Assembly (NCBI RefSeq): GCF_040938485.1
Contig: NW_027270997.1
Location: forward strand, 248,001-312,000
Origin: Diadema antillarum
Lineage: Eukaryota
DNA: 64,000 bases
Direction: 5' to 3'
The translations under genes were made by a program, and so were the position numbers. Shown in pieces: positions 63,870-64,000 of this stretch. The notes beneath the pieces are model-generated. The model did no database searches. It was not told the DNA's origin and saw nothing but the letters and a program-made list of their open reading frames with translations. Positions within the stretch are counted from its first letter, which is position 1; each line of letters begins with the position of its first letter.

Positions 63870-64000
63870 GAAGAATTCAAAAGAATTGATTGATTTAAAG
63901 GAATGGTATTGTATTGGAAATGAGAATTGGGTTTTTAACTTTTTCAGGGATACCAAGAAAACACTTGTGATATAGTATAGAGCATATCATTCTAAAGAGG

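Overview
AT-rich eukaryotic genomic DNA with GT-AG spliceosomal introns. The repeat content (Deu-domain tRNA SINE, TTAA-flanked Kolobok/T2-type MITEs, Tigger-like MITEs) suggests an invertebrate deuterostome, probably an echinoderm; this is inference. Almost all ORFs in the supplied track are spurious or are exon fragments. By walking splice sites by hand I assembled three intron-containing genes. (1) A + strand gene of 23 exons (1170-22678, about 1325 codons, frame continuous to TAA at 22676-22678) encodes a long coiled-coil protein that I cannot name; its 5' end is ambiguous. (2) A complete - strand SEC14L2-like gene (CRAL-TRIO + GOLD lipid-binding protein), copy A, has 12 exons (43872->26762, 448 aa). 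(3) A tandem paralog, copy B, has exons 2-12 at 62195->51204, with exon 1 outside the window. Introns carry many MITEs, SINEs, LINE 3' ends and microsatellites. The most notable points concern splice signals. A MITE is inserted into the 3' splice site of copy B exon 8, one donor is GC in copy A but GT in copy B, and a 330-bp tandem duplication creates a decoy acceptor. Both paralogs also carry a Ser-rich C-terminal tail with a DSG degron-like motif. I found no prokaryote-type system or CRISPR array, and no clearly new biological system.
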